From a virus (Duplodnaviria; Caudoviricetes), in the IMG/VR virus record IMGVR_UViG_3300037264_000454, positions 1 through 59,996 of that record: 59,996 nucleotides of DNA; one strand, written 5' to 3'. Below the pieces are notes generated by a model. The model did not search any database. It saw only the letters and a list, made by a program, of their open reading frames with translations, and was not told the origin of the DNA. Shown piece after piece: positions 16,709-25,674 of this stretch. Each line of letters begins with the position of its first letter. Positions within the stretch are counted from its first letter, which is position 1. A program made the position numbers and the translations under genes.

Positions 16709-17401
16709 TCACGTCAAATCTTGATGCTCGTACCAGTTCAGCGTGATGTTGTGCGTCGAGTCGTCGGCGGTCGTGTTGGCGATGACGAAGGCGTACTGCG
16801 TGTTGCGCTTGAGAATGAACTCGTTCTCGTTCCGGTTCTGGCCCATCGTGTCCGCACCGGCAGCCGCAGCCCCGAGGTATTTCAGATAGATCGGCGTCGC
16901 GGTTGAGAGCGTCGCCCCAGCTGCTTGAGCCACGGTGTAGCTGGTCGCCTTGCCCGCTTCGGGAACAGTCTCGACGCTGGAGACGGTCGAGGCCGTGAGC
17001 GAGTTGCGGTTGTGATTGTAGATGGCGAGGTCCGTGCCCTCGTCAACGTCGAGGTCCGCCACTTCGTAGATAGCTGCCGTTGAGGCGGCTGTCGAGGAGA
17101 ACTCGGCGAACATATGGACGTACTTGGTCGTGTCTGGGGTGTTGAGCGCGATCATGGTCATCTCGCCGATTGCCGTCGGTGCCGTCTGCGAGAAGTGGCA
17201 GGCGAAGGAACTTCCCGCGTGGATTTCGTGGTGCGCGTGGTCGATGACCATCAGGGCGCCGGTCGTGGTGTCGGCCGTCACCGGCGTCGTGGCGTTCTTC
17301 GTGCCGGTGACGATCTTGACTTCCTGGTAGTGGACGCCGCCGATGTCGTCGGTGGCGACGGTCGCGTCTGAGCCTGTGTGTACGCCGACGTTGTCTGTCA
17401 T
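16709..17401 (-). CDS. virion-associated protein
   Basis: VATDDIGGVHYQ, HHEIHAG and EFILKRNTQY segments; in the tail module. Confidence 0.55.
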   Translation of the reverse strand: MTDNVGVHTGSDATVATDDIGGVHYQEVKIVTGTKNATTPVTADTTTGALMVIDHAHHEIHAGSSFACHFSQTAPTAIGEMTMIALNTPDTTKYVHMFAEFSSTAASTAAIYEVADLDVDEGTDLAIYNHNRNSLTASTVSSVETVPEAGKATSYTVAQAAGATLSTATPIYLKYLGAAAAGADTMGQNRNENEFILKRNTQYAFVIANTTADDSTHNITLNWYEHQDLT

Positions 17402-17555
17402 CGTTGTCCCTTCGTGGTCATCCTAGAAATCAAGTGGTCGGCTGGGTCACAGGTAGCGGCTGGCGTACGTCCAGCGGATACGGTCGTTAGCGGTCACGAC
17501 GGCGAGCGCCACGGTGCTATTGGTGGCGTCGATGGTGCCGTAGAAGCGGTTCATA

Positions 17556-19256
17556 TCAGCCGTCAGGTAGTTGCTCCCAGCGCGGCGTCGCGCTGATGGT
17601 CAGGTGGACGTGCGTAGTCGGCGAGGGAGTCACTTGCTCGGCGACCACCACGAGGATGCCGCCCAGCGAGCGGATCACACGGCCGCCGAAAGCGTTGCCA
17701 ATGTCGCCGGTATCGTCGGCGTAGAGGATGTCGTCTTCCCAGCGCAGCAGGTGGGCGTGGTCGGTGACGACTCCGGCAGTGATCGGACTGCGCCAGGCGA
17801 CGATGCCACCGAATGACGCAGGCAGCAGGACGACGGCGTTCACGTACGCCTCGTCGCCCGCTCCGGCGCCGGTTATCGTTATGCGCAGGGTACTCGTCGC
17901 AGCGACTCGGGTCGCACTACAGGGCAGCGTGAGCATCCCTAGCGGCAACCACTGGAGAGTGTCGGACGGAATCGTGACCGCCTCAGCGTATGCGTGCTTG
18001 ATTGTTCCGGGATCGGTGTCGTCGGGCGTACTGCACTTCGCCAGCACGAGGTATTCGCCCGGCTCGAAGTCGGTCACGTCGATGTCGGTATAGGCCGCTC
18101 CGTTGTCGCGCCAGACGTTCGTCTCTTGGAATGACCAGCCGTGGACGATCGCTCTCTCATCGGCACCACCGGCGGCACCAGACCATGCGCCACGCAGTCG
18201 CGCGCGGATGGCGGTCGCCGGGGCGGCAGCCGATACTTCATAGAGCGTGTCGGCCGTGATGGCGGCGAGCGCTTTGATGGTCGTCGAGCTAACCAGCGTC
18301 GTACCGGCGGCGTCCGAGTACCAATCGACGGCGCAGGTGATTGTTCCGGCGTCAACGGAAACGACCTCAAGATAGCAACGCGCAACGTAGTCAGTCCCGG
18401 CGGTGACGACGATCGCCGTCGTGGTTGACATCGCGCAGTTGTGCGGCGTGGCGTCGTCTTCGATGTGGTACTCGCTGCCGAGCGCGTGCAGGTAGGTGGC
18501 GACCGCGTGCGGTGCTTCGCTGGAGCGCGTCCACGTCGCGGGCCACGCCGCTCCGGTCGGTGATCCATTGAGCACCAGTTCGGTCGGCGCGGCGGGGTAG
18601 CCGAGGGGGTCGGTCCATCCCTCTCCGCCGGTCCACGCCGCCTGACCGAGCGGGAAGATGAAGTCGGCGATCGTCGCTGTGGGGTCCGGGTACGCGCCAG
18701 CCCAGAACGACGACAGCTCCAGCGCCGCCGCATTGGCGAGCAGGTCGCGCGGGGCCGGATACTGCCCGGTCTCCGCCGTGAGATCGACGACGGCGGGCGC
18801 GTTGTATCCCGTATCGGAAACGAGTGCGACGGCCGGCGTGTAGACGTAGGGCTCGCGCTGTATGACGATCTCGACCTTCGTCCAGAAGGCGTTGATGAGC
18901 GCCTTCTCGAGATCGTTGTCGAGCGGGACTTCGGTGCAGGAGCCGATGAGTGGAATCAGGTTGCACGAGTAGGCGCTACCATCCATGCTGACCGTGATTG
19001 CCGAGAGGTCGCGCACTTCGGTGGCGATAGAGTCGAGGATCGCGGCCGTGTTGTCGACACTCGTGCCCGTGACGAGCACGAAGAAGCGCGACTCGACCCA
19101 CGAACTCGTGTCGGTCATTCCGGCGCGCGCGATATCGACAGTGGGGCCGCCGTATGCGTCGGCCGTTCTCAGCATCACGCCGAGTTTCATGCCGAGCAGT
19201 TTGGTGGACGTGCCGTCGTTCAGGTCGACCGCGCCGATGGTGAGGACGGTGCTCAT
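17556..19256 (-). CDS. distal tail/minor tail protein with carbohydrate-binding-like insertion
   Basis: Immediately after the tape measure; beta-rich CBM-like segment. Confidence 0.65.
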   Translation of the reverse strand: MSTVLTIGAVDLNDGTSTKLLGMKLGVMLRTADAYGGPTVDIARAGMTDTSSWVESRFFVLVTGTSVDNTAAILDSIATEVRDLSAITVSMDGSAYSCNLIPLIGSCTEVPLDNDLEKALINAFWTKVEIVIQREPYVYTPAVALVSDTGYNAPAVVDLTAETGQYPAPRDLLANAAALELSSFWAGAYPDPTATIADFIFPLGQAAWTGGEGWTDPLGYPAAPTELVLNGSPTGAAWPATWTRSSEAPHAVATYLHALGSEYHIEDDATPHNCAMSTTTAIVVTAGTDYVARCYLEVVSVDAGTITCAVDWYSDAAGTTLVSSTTIKALAAITADTLYEVSAAAPATAIRARLRGAWSGAAGGADERAIVHGWSFQETNVWRDNGAAYTDIDVTDFEPGEYLVLAKCSTPDDTDPGTIKHAYAEAVTIPSDTLQWLPLGMLTLPCSATRVAATSTLRITITGAGAGDEAYVNAVVLLPASFGGIVAWRSPITAGVVTDHAHLLRWEDDILYADDTGDIGNAFGGRVIRSLGGILVVVAEQVTPSPTTHVHLTISATPRWEQLPDG

Positions 19257-21622
19257 CGGCCGATTCCCTTCGTGCGCATGTTGCGGCGCGTGACCTTGGC
19301 CGTGCCGCGTTTGTTGGCGGCGGCGATGACGGTGTCGAAGTCGTCGGCGAAGACGGAGCCGCGCATGTCGTAGACGTCTCCGCTCCTAGCGGCGGCGAGT
19401 TGCGGGGGACCGCCGACCACGGAGCCACCGGACGCACCCGCGAAGGCGACACGCGGGGCGGCCGACACTGAAAGCTGCGGCCCGATACCGCCGACCAGCG
19501 AGTAGAGCGGCCCGAGTTGGTCTGAAATCCCCGCCATGAGGCCGCCGATGATGGCTTGTCCGGCGGGGCGCAACAGGGTGGCATCCTTGGCGAGTGGCCC
19601 CTTGAGGTCGCGGATGCGGCCAGCGATACCACCGACCGTTCCGTAGAGGTCGCCGAGCTTCCCCTTGATCCCGTCGATAAGCCCCTGGATGATGGCCCGA
19701 CCGGCGGAAAGTAGAAGTTGTCCCGCCCCCTTGAATATCGCGCCAAGTAGACTTGGGATACCACGCACGATGGCGGCCAGAACCATGACGCCGCCCCTCG
19801 CCACCTGCCCGAGCCCCTTCCACGCCGCACTCCAGTCGCCCCGCATAACGGCAGCGATGACGCGAATGGCCCCGGCGATGATGTTGAGCCCGCCCTTGAC
19901 GACGGCGACCATCGTCTTAAAGACCGCCTTGACGATCGGCAGCCCAGCGCGGTACATCGCGGCGATAGACGCCTTGATCTCGGCGCCGTGGGCGTGCCAG
20001 AACTGCGCCACGATGGCGAGGTTCTGACGGACCGTCTTCTTGACCTCTTCCATCGCGGGGGCGAACGTCTTACCGATGTAGGCGGCGGCCTCGCCGATTG
20101 CCTTCTTGACTTGGACCGATGCCGTGCGAACCGCAGAAACGACAGACCGCCAGGCGCGGACGATGGCCCCACCAACCGCCGTCACGGCGTTGCGGAAGGG
20201 CTCGATGTACTTGTAGGCCGCGAGGAAAGCCGCGCCGAGGGCGACAACGGCAAGAATGATCCAGCCGACCGGACCCATCGCGGCGCTGATAGCGGTGGCG
20301 AGTCCGGCGATACCCTCCACCGAGAAGGCAGCGGCGAAGGCTCCGAGCATCGAAGCGGCGCCAGCGGCAACCCCAGAGATAGCCCCGAGCGCCGTAGCGA
20401 TACCGGGCAGCATCATCAAGAGCGGCCCCGCAGCGGCAGCGGCGAGCGCGAGGTAGACGGCCGCCTCTTGGACGGGGGCGGGTAGGTCGGAGAACGCCTG
20501 CGCAAGTTTGGCGACCTGCCCGACGATTGCGACCAGCGGCGGCAGTAGCACGTCTCCGATTTGGATAGCCGCCACCTTGAGCGCCGCCATCGCCTGCTGC
20601 ATCTTGAACCCCGCCGACTCGCTGGCGCGCGCGAAGGCTTCGTCGGTGTCACCCGCCGCTTTGGCGAGTTCCTTTGTGATCTCGACGTTCTTGGCCTGAT
20701 TCTTGCCAAGGTCGATGATGACGCCGTTGAGGGCGCGGACGTTGGGGAACATCGAGGCGAGCGTCGTGTTCGGGTCAAGCCCCTGCTTCTTGATACGCTC
20801 CTGCAAGTCAATCAGCGTATTCAGCAGGCCATCGCGGCTGACGGCTTCGCGTATCCCGGCGGCCGAAGTACCCACAGCGGCGAAGGCGTCGGCGGCGTCG
20901 GAGGTCGGCTTGAGCAGCGACATCATAATGCCGCGCAAGGCGGTCGCCGATTCGGAGGCGTCGATACCAACCATGCTCATGGAGGCCATCTGGGCGGCGA
21001 CTTCGGAGAACTCGATACCCATCGCCTGCGCGGGCGCGATAACGCGGCCGATCGACATCGCCAGTTCGGCCGGCTCGTTCTTACCTTCGCGGACAGCGGC
21101 GAGCATGATGTCGGTCGCCAGCGTGGCGCTGAGTGCTTCCTCGCCGTAGGCGTTGACGGCCGACGTCACAGCGTCGGCGATGGTGGCGGTCTCACCCAGC
21201 CCGGCGGCCGAGGCGCGGGCCGACGCTTCGAGGACACGCAGAGCGGCGGCGCCCTTGAAGCCCGACGATACGATGAAGTACAGGGCGTCGCCGAGTTCCT
21301 TGGGGCCTTGGCCGGTCTTGGGCGCCATGTCGAGTACGGCCTCTTTGTACTGCTCGATGGTCTTCTGTGAAGCGCCGGTCAGGGCGGCGATGTCGGTCAT
21401 GGACTTCTCGAAGTCGAGCGCCATCTTGACCGACGCCGCGCCAACGAGGGCGATCGGCAGCGACAGCCCCTTGGTCAGCATCCCGCCCGTGGCCTGCGCG
21501 CGCTGGCCGAACGCGCGGGTCTGTGCGGACGCAGAAGCCAGGCCAGCGGTGAGGCCGGTCGTGTTGGCCATAATGCGAACGAGGATGGACCCCGCCCCTG
21601 TGCCCGTGCCGCTACCCAGCAT
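19253..21622 (-). CDS. tail tape measure protein
   Basis: 789 aa, Ala-rich; TP901-type core (LYFIVSSG, AVREGK); W-spaced repeats. Confidence 0.9.
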   Translation of the reverse strand: MLGSGTGTGAGSILVRIMANTTGLTAGLASASAQTRAFGQRAQATGGMLTKGLSLPIALVGAASVKMALDFEKSMTDIAALTGASQKTIEQYKEAVLDMAPKTGQGPKELGDALYFIVSSGFKGAAALRVLEASARASAAGLGETATIADAVTSAVNAYGEEALSATLATDIMLAAVREGKNEPAELAMSIGRVIAPAQAMGIEFSEVAAQMASMSMVGIDASESATALRGIMMSLLKPTSDAADAFAAVGTSAAGIREAVSRDGLLNTLIDLQERIKKQGLDPNTTLASMFPNVRALNGVIIDLGKNQAKNVEITKELAKAAGDTDEAFARASESAGFKMQQAMAALKVAAIQIGDVLLPPLVAIVGQVAKLAQAFSDLPAPVQEAAVYLALAAAAAGPLLMMLPGIATALGAISGVAAGAASMLGAFAAAFSVEGIAGLATAISAAMGPVGWIILAVVALGAAFLAAYKYIEPFRNAVTAVGGAIVRAWRSVVSAVRTASVQVKKAIGEAAAYIGKTFAPAMEEVKKTVRQNLAIVAQFWHAHGAEIKASIAAMYRAGLPIVKAVFKTMVAVVKGGLNIIAGAIRVIAAVMRGDWSAAWKGLGQVARGGVMVLAAIVRGIPSLLGAIFKGAGQLLLSAGRAIIQGLIDGIKGKLGDLYGTVGGIAGRIRDLKGPLAKDATLLRPAGQAIIGGLMAGISDQLGPLYSLVGGIGPQLSVSAAPRVAFAGASGGSVVGGPPQLAAARSGDVYDMRGSVFADDFDTVIAAANKRGTAKVTRRNMRTKGIGR

Positions 21623-21899
21623 CGTGCGCCTCTCGCAGTTGTTCGGCCTTCAGTTGCTCGACGATGCGACCCATCGGGCCGCGCGGCTTCTCGTCGTCCT
21701 TGGTCGCCGCGTCGAGTTGTTCCTTGGCCCGAGCCAGGGCGCGCATCTCGGCGATCTGTAGCATCTGCTTGAGCGGTTCGGCCTCTACCTGCGACGGCAG
21801 AGAGCCGGGAAACTCCTCACAGAGCCGAGATGTCACCCATAGCTCGGGGTACTCGCCCTCTCCGTCTAGAGCTCGGAAGAGGGCGCGGAGGCGTTTGGG
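21612..21899 (-). CDS. tail assembly chaperone, -1 frameshift extension (gpGT-like)
   Basis: Open -1 frame entered at slippery C CCA AAC (21893-21899), ending at the tape measure start. Confidence 0.65.
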   Translation of the reverse strand, partial: PKRLRALFRALDGEGEYPELWVTSRLCEEFPGSLPSQVEAEPLKQMLQIAEMRALARAKEQLDAATKDDEKPRGPMGRIVEQLKAEQLREAHDAG

Positions 21900-22219
21900 A
21901 TTTCGTCTTTCTCGTCGCCGCCAAGGATCTCTCCCGACAGCCACATGGCGACTTTGTACGGCAGGGCGCCGATGTTCTCGGCCGACACGTCTGCGTCGTC
22001 AGACCAGGCGACGATCGACTTCTCGAGGATGCTGGCGGCGACCGCATACCCGGCGGCCTCGTCTTTCTCCTCGCCGGCCATCGGCTCAACGTCGTTCGAC
22101 GCGGCCTTGGACTTGCGGATCTCGGCCATCGAAAGCTGGCGCACGTCGACCCACTGGCCCTCGGACCCGGCCAGTTTCGCCGGGACTTCGAGCCGTTCGG
22201 TGATTCCTAGTAGTGCCAT
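21866..22219 (-). CDS. tail assembly chaperone (gpG-like)
   Basis: Between tail tube and tape measure; IVAWS motif. Confidence 0.75.
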   Translation of the reverse strand: MALLGITERLEVPAKLAGSEGQWVDVRQLSMAEIRKSKAASNDVEPMAGEEKDEAAGYAVAASILEKSIVAWSDDADVSAENIGALPYKVAMWLSGEILGGDEKDEIPNASAPSSEL

Positions 22220-22221
22220 GC

Positions 22222-22635
22222 TTAAGCCTCCGTGATGGTCCCCGTGGTGCGCAGCGACACAGAGAAGGCCGTGTATCCGCCGACTTCGGGAGAGCGCTTG
22301 TAGTTCTCGATCCAGCAACGGCCGGAGCTATACTTGCCGCCGCCGTAGGTGATCTTCCAGTAGCGCGCTACGACGTTGGTCGAGTTGAAGAGAGCGTTCG
22401 GGCCGAGGGCCACGTCGTCGTAGAAGCCCTCTAGCGTGATAACGCCGTAGTCCTTCAGCACGCCCGCCAGGTACTCGGGGAACGAGACGCCGAAGGGTGT
22501 GGACTCGATAGCGCCCTTGCTGAGGTTGATCTCGCCGAGCTTGGTTATGAACGACGTGATGGTGGTGTCGGCCGAGCCAACAGAGTCGGCGGACTCGAAC
22601 TGCACGATTATTGAATTGCTGCCATACTTGGCCAA
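22222..22635 (-). CDS. tail tube (major tail) protein
   Basis: IESTPFG..EYLAGVLKD..ITLEGFYD..FSVSLRTTG; TTG start with RBS. Confidence 0.75.
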   Translation of the reverse strand: MAKYGSNSIIVQFESADSVGSADTTITSFITKLGEINLSKGAIESTPFGVSFPEYLAGVLKDYGVITLEGFYDDVALGPNALFNSTNVVARYWKITYGGGKYSSGRCWIENYKRSPEVGGYTAFSVSLRTTGTITEA

Positions 22636-22660
22636 TGGAGTCTCCTAACAGTCGAAAGGG

Positions 22661-23446
22661 TCAATCAAAGATGACGGCGACGGCGAACGTGACGGTCTCG
22701 GCACCTGCGCCGCCGCCGCCCCACGTCCACGTGACGCAGGTGTATTGCCCGACAACCGCATTCGCGAGCACCTTCATCTCCGAGGTGCCCGATCCAGTCG
22801 GCGTAGTCGCGGGGACGATGGCCGTAAACAGCGTGTGGTCGACGAACGGTCCCCCCGCATCGGACCAGTCCTGCAACGTGATCTGGAGCGACGTGCGCGT
22901 GCCCCACGAGATGTCAGTGACTACGAGGTAGACGCGCCCGCCCGCAGTGCCTCCGGCGCCCCAGTTGAGGTAAGTGGCGGCGGTCGTGCCGGTGACGCCG
23001 CGCGAGGTCAGCGGGCAGACCAGTTTGCAGGTCTGGTCGACGGAACCGGAGACGGTGACGCCGAACGACGCCTTGGTGTACTCGCCGACGCCGTGAGAGC
23101 GCTTGTACTCGGTCTTGAGCAGCCCGTCGGTAGCGATGACCGTATTGCCCACTCCGGCGACCGGAGCGGCGTTACCGTACGGAGCGATCATCAGGATGTG
23201 CTCGCCGGCCGTGAGGTCGACCATCGCCGCGTTCATGCTGTTGGTCGCGTCGTCGTACCAGCCGTCGGCGCCGGTCAGTTCGTAGCGCTTGAGGATGCCT
23301 GCGAGGTATTCGGGGTACACGACACCGAACGGCGTTGACTCGATCGCTGCCTTGTTGATGTTGTCCTCAAACTTGGTCGTGACCGGCGTCAGGTTGTACC
23401 CGCCGATGGTCAGGAAGCCAAAGTTAGCCGAGTTGTATTTCGTCAT
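22661..23446 (-). CDS. tail-tube-like paralogue with C-terminal extension
   Basis: Shares AIESTPFGV.(Y/F)PEYLAG.LK.Y and YKRS..VG.YT with 22222-22635. Confidence 0.7.
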   Translation of the reverse strand: MTKYNSANFGFLTIGGYNLTPVTTKFEDNINKAAIESTPFGVVYPEYLAGILKRYELTGADGWYDDATNSMNAAMVDLTAGEHILMIAPYGNAAPVAGVGNTVIATDGLLKTEYKRSHGVGEYTKASFGVTVSGSVDQTCKLVCPLTSRGVTGTTAATYLNWGAGGTAGGRVYLVVTDISWGTRTSLQITLQDWSDAGGPFVDHTLFTAIVPATTPTGSGTSEMKVLANAVVGQYTCVTWTWGGGGAGAETVTFAVAVIFD

Positions 23447-23619
23447 GCCTTCACCGCCTTCGTCTTGGTCTGTGACGTGATGGGCTTGACGGCTCCGCGC
23501 GCCAGAGCGTCTTTCGCGACATCGTCTTCGAGCTCGACGACGTCACCCTTGGCGGCCACTTTCCACTCGCCGCCGGACTTGTACGAGAGGCCGGTCTTGG
23601 CCTTGTACTTTTCACTCAC
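23443..23619 (-). CDS. small virion-module protein (58 aa)
   Basis: VSEKYKAKTGLSY..KGDVVEL..LARGAV; not in the ORF track. Confidence 0.55.
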   Translation of the reverse strand: MSEKYKAKTGLSYKSGGEWKVAAKGDVVELEDDVAKDALARGAVKPITSQTKTKAVKA

Positions 23620-23839
23620 CTTCTGCCTCCTTCTTGACGGTCGTCCCGCAATCGCGGCACAAACCGAAGCCGCCCAGTCCGGGGGTGATGTTCTTGTGCA
23701 GACAGACGGCCGCGTTCTGCGTACCGTCTGGTTCTTGTTGCGGGCCGGTCATCTTCAGCGCCGCGTCGATAGCACCAAGCGCGGCCGCCAGCGAGGCGCG
23801 AGCAATCAGCAGTTGCGCGTGCGTCTCAGGCCCCTGCAT
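23612..23839 (-). CDS. hypothetical protein
   Basis: Co-oriented, overlapping its neighbours. Confidence 0.45.
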   Translation of the reverse strand: MQGPETHAQLLIARASLAAALGAIDAALKMTGPQQEPDGTQNAAVCLHKNITPGLGGFGLCRDCGTTVKKEAEGE

Positions 23840-24212
23840 GCAGAATCCTTGCGTCGATGTCCCTGCGGTAGAGCCCGCTTTCGGCGTCTCTGCCGGTGCG
23901 CTCGTCTGCGAAGATGGCGCAGGCGGCGTGGTTGGTCGCGAAGTCCGTGATCGCCAGCCTCAACTGCACGGCGATTGCGTTGCGATTCGTGATGGTCGTC
24001 GCCCAGACCGTGAACTGGTACAGTGGATTACTCGCCAGCACGGGCGAGCCGGAACCGAGCGCCTGCCAGCGAGGCGTGGCGATGCGGGTAAAGACGACGT
24101 GCGGAATGATGGCCCCTTGCGGTCGTTCGTCCTGATAGACGCGCGTGCCAATCAGCGCCGCCAGTCCCGCGAAGGTGCCCAGGTGTGCGACGATGTCGGT
24201 TTCGAGACTCAT
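23826..24212 (-). CDS. tail terminator/completion protein (DUF3168-like)
   Basis: GTRVY..PQGA..PHVVF..YQFTVWA..LYRRDID. Confidence 0.75.
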   Translation of the reverse strand: MSLETDIVAHLGTFAGLAALIGTRVYQDERPQGAIIPHVVFTRIATPRWQALGSGSPVLASNPLYQFTVWATTITNRNAIAVQLRLAITDFATNHAACAIFADERTGRDAESGLYRRDIDARILHAGA

Positions 24213-24691
24213 GTGCTGGGCAGCGCTTCGTGATAGGACAGGCTGGGCAACTCAGTCTGGTAGACGCGCGAACCCGTGAAGGCGGCCTCGACTGCCATCA
24301 CGACTTCGCCGCCGATGATGCGGTTGATCTGGTCGCGCTTGGACTCAACGGCGGGGCGCACGAACGGACGCGGCTCCTGCGCGTACGTGCCGAACTCCTG
24401 ATAGGCCGCGTAGTCGACGTGCGGGCCGACCAGGATGCTGTTGCCGTCAACCTCAGTGATGCCGATCGAGTTGAGCAGCGTGCCCGTGTCGATGATGTGC
24501 ATGCGTTGCACGTTGAGCTTCATCTCGCGCTCGAGCACGAAGCCCGCGTGCATGAGCGCGTTGGGCACCACCATCTCGGTAGTCACGGCAGACCGCAGGA
24601 AGCCTTGCGCCACTTCGTAGTCGCCGACCACGTCGAAGGTCACGGCGCCGGAACCGTACGCGCCTGCGGTCCTGTAGCCTGCGCCGCTCAC
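24209..24691 (-). CDS. HK97 gp10-like tail/neck protein
   Basis: DTGTLLNSI, YAAYQEFGT and PRPFVRPA motifs. Confidence 0.8.
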   Translation of the reverse strand: MSGAGYRTAGAYGSGAVTFDVVGDYEVAQGFLRSAVTTEMVVPNALMHAGFVLEREMKLNVQRMHIIDTGTLLNSIGITEVDGNSILVGPHVDYAAYQEFGTYAQEPRPFVRPAVESKRDQINRIIGGEVVMAVEAAFTGSRVYQTELPSLSYHEALPST

Positions 24692-25086
24692 GTCGTCACC
24701 GCCGTCAGTCCGACTTCGATGCCGGACGGACCCTCGACGGGTTCGCCCTGCACGTCGAAGACGAGCGCCGTCGCCAGCGTCTCGCCGAAGCGGGTGACGA
24801 CCTTGAGCCGATCCTTGGCATTGACGGCCGTACCGTGTGGCAGGCGCGCGGTCGTGTCGACGTTGACGAGCGTGCCGTCGGACGTGCGCCATTCACTGCG
24901 CTGCGTGTTGCTCGGCTTGAAGTTGATGCCGCAGACGATGGCGGTCCCGTACGTGTAGGTGGCCACAAGCTGCCCCTCTGCGTCGGCGGCCGAAGTCTGT
25001 ACCCCGATCTGACACGTGTCCTGCATCGCGCCCTGTTGCGTGGCGCGCATGGCGGCGAGTTCGGCGGCGGCGAAGATGGCGCTCAT
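24688..25086 (-). CDS. head-to-tail stopper-like protein
   Basis: MQDTCQI..RLPHGT..DRL; position. Confidence 0.6.
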   Translation of the reverse strand: MSAIFAAAELAAMRATQQGAMQDTCQIGVQTSAADAEGQLVATYTYGTAIVCGINFKPSNTQRSEWRTSDGTLVNVDTTARLPHGTAVNAKDRLKVVTRFGETLATALVFDVQGEPVEGPSGIEVGLTAVTT

Positions 25087-25218
25087 ACGATGTGCTCGCG
25101 GTTGGAGTTGGCGTAGAGGTCGAGCATGATGAGATCGGGGTCTTCACCGGCGGCGGCGCGCTCAAGGCACTCCGCGAGTCTGTTGAGGCTCATCAGAACG
25201 ACGCAGTTCGGGGGCGCG

Positions 25219-25674
25219 TCAGTCATCGTCTTCGGCGCGATTGACGATGTAGGACTCGGTGCCGGCCAGCGAACCCGTCGCAACGCCCTGATAGTCCTGC
25301 TCGAAGTAGGCGTCGACGTGGATGCGCAGCGATCCGGGCGCGCGCCTGGATGCGTAGTAGCGTTCGCGCTTGGCAGCCTGTTCGTAGAGCTGAGAGCGTT
25401 TGTAGCTGCCGCCGTCTGCGGAGAAGTCATAGGAGCTGCCCGCCAGCGCCGCCGCCTTCTCGCCCCATATCTGCGCGGCGGCGGCGTTGAGGTCGTAGGT
25501 CGGCGTCCAGTTGGTGTTCTCGGTACCGTCTGAGAGCGTGGGCATGTAGCCGAGGGAATCGTAGAGGGGGTAGCGTTCGATGTAGCCGCCGAGCGTGATG
25601 TCCGAGTAGGTGGCGGTCGTCGTCTCGGCGGTCATGCGGCGCAGCATCGCGACTTCGGCAGCGGATGCGCTCAT
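25219..25674 (-). CDS. head-to-tail adaptor-like protein
   Basis: YDLNAAAAQIWGEKAA..DFSADGGSYKRSQ; position. Confidence 0.65.
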   Translation of the reverse strand: MSASAAEVAMLRRMTAETTTATYSDITLGGYIERYPLYDSLGYMPTLSDGTENTNWTPTYDLNAAAAQIWGEKAAALAGSSYDFSADGGSYKRSQLYEQAAKRERYYASRRAPGSLRIHVDAYFEQDYQGVATGSLAGTESYIVNRAEDDD

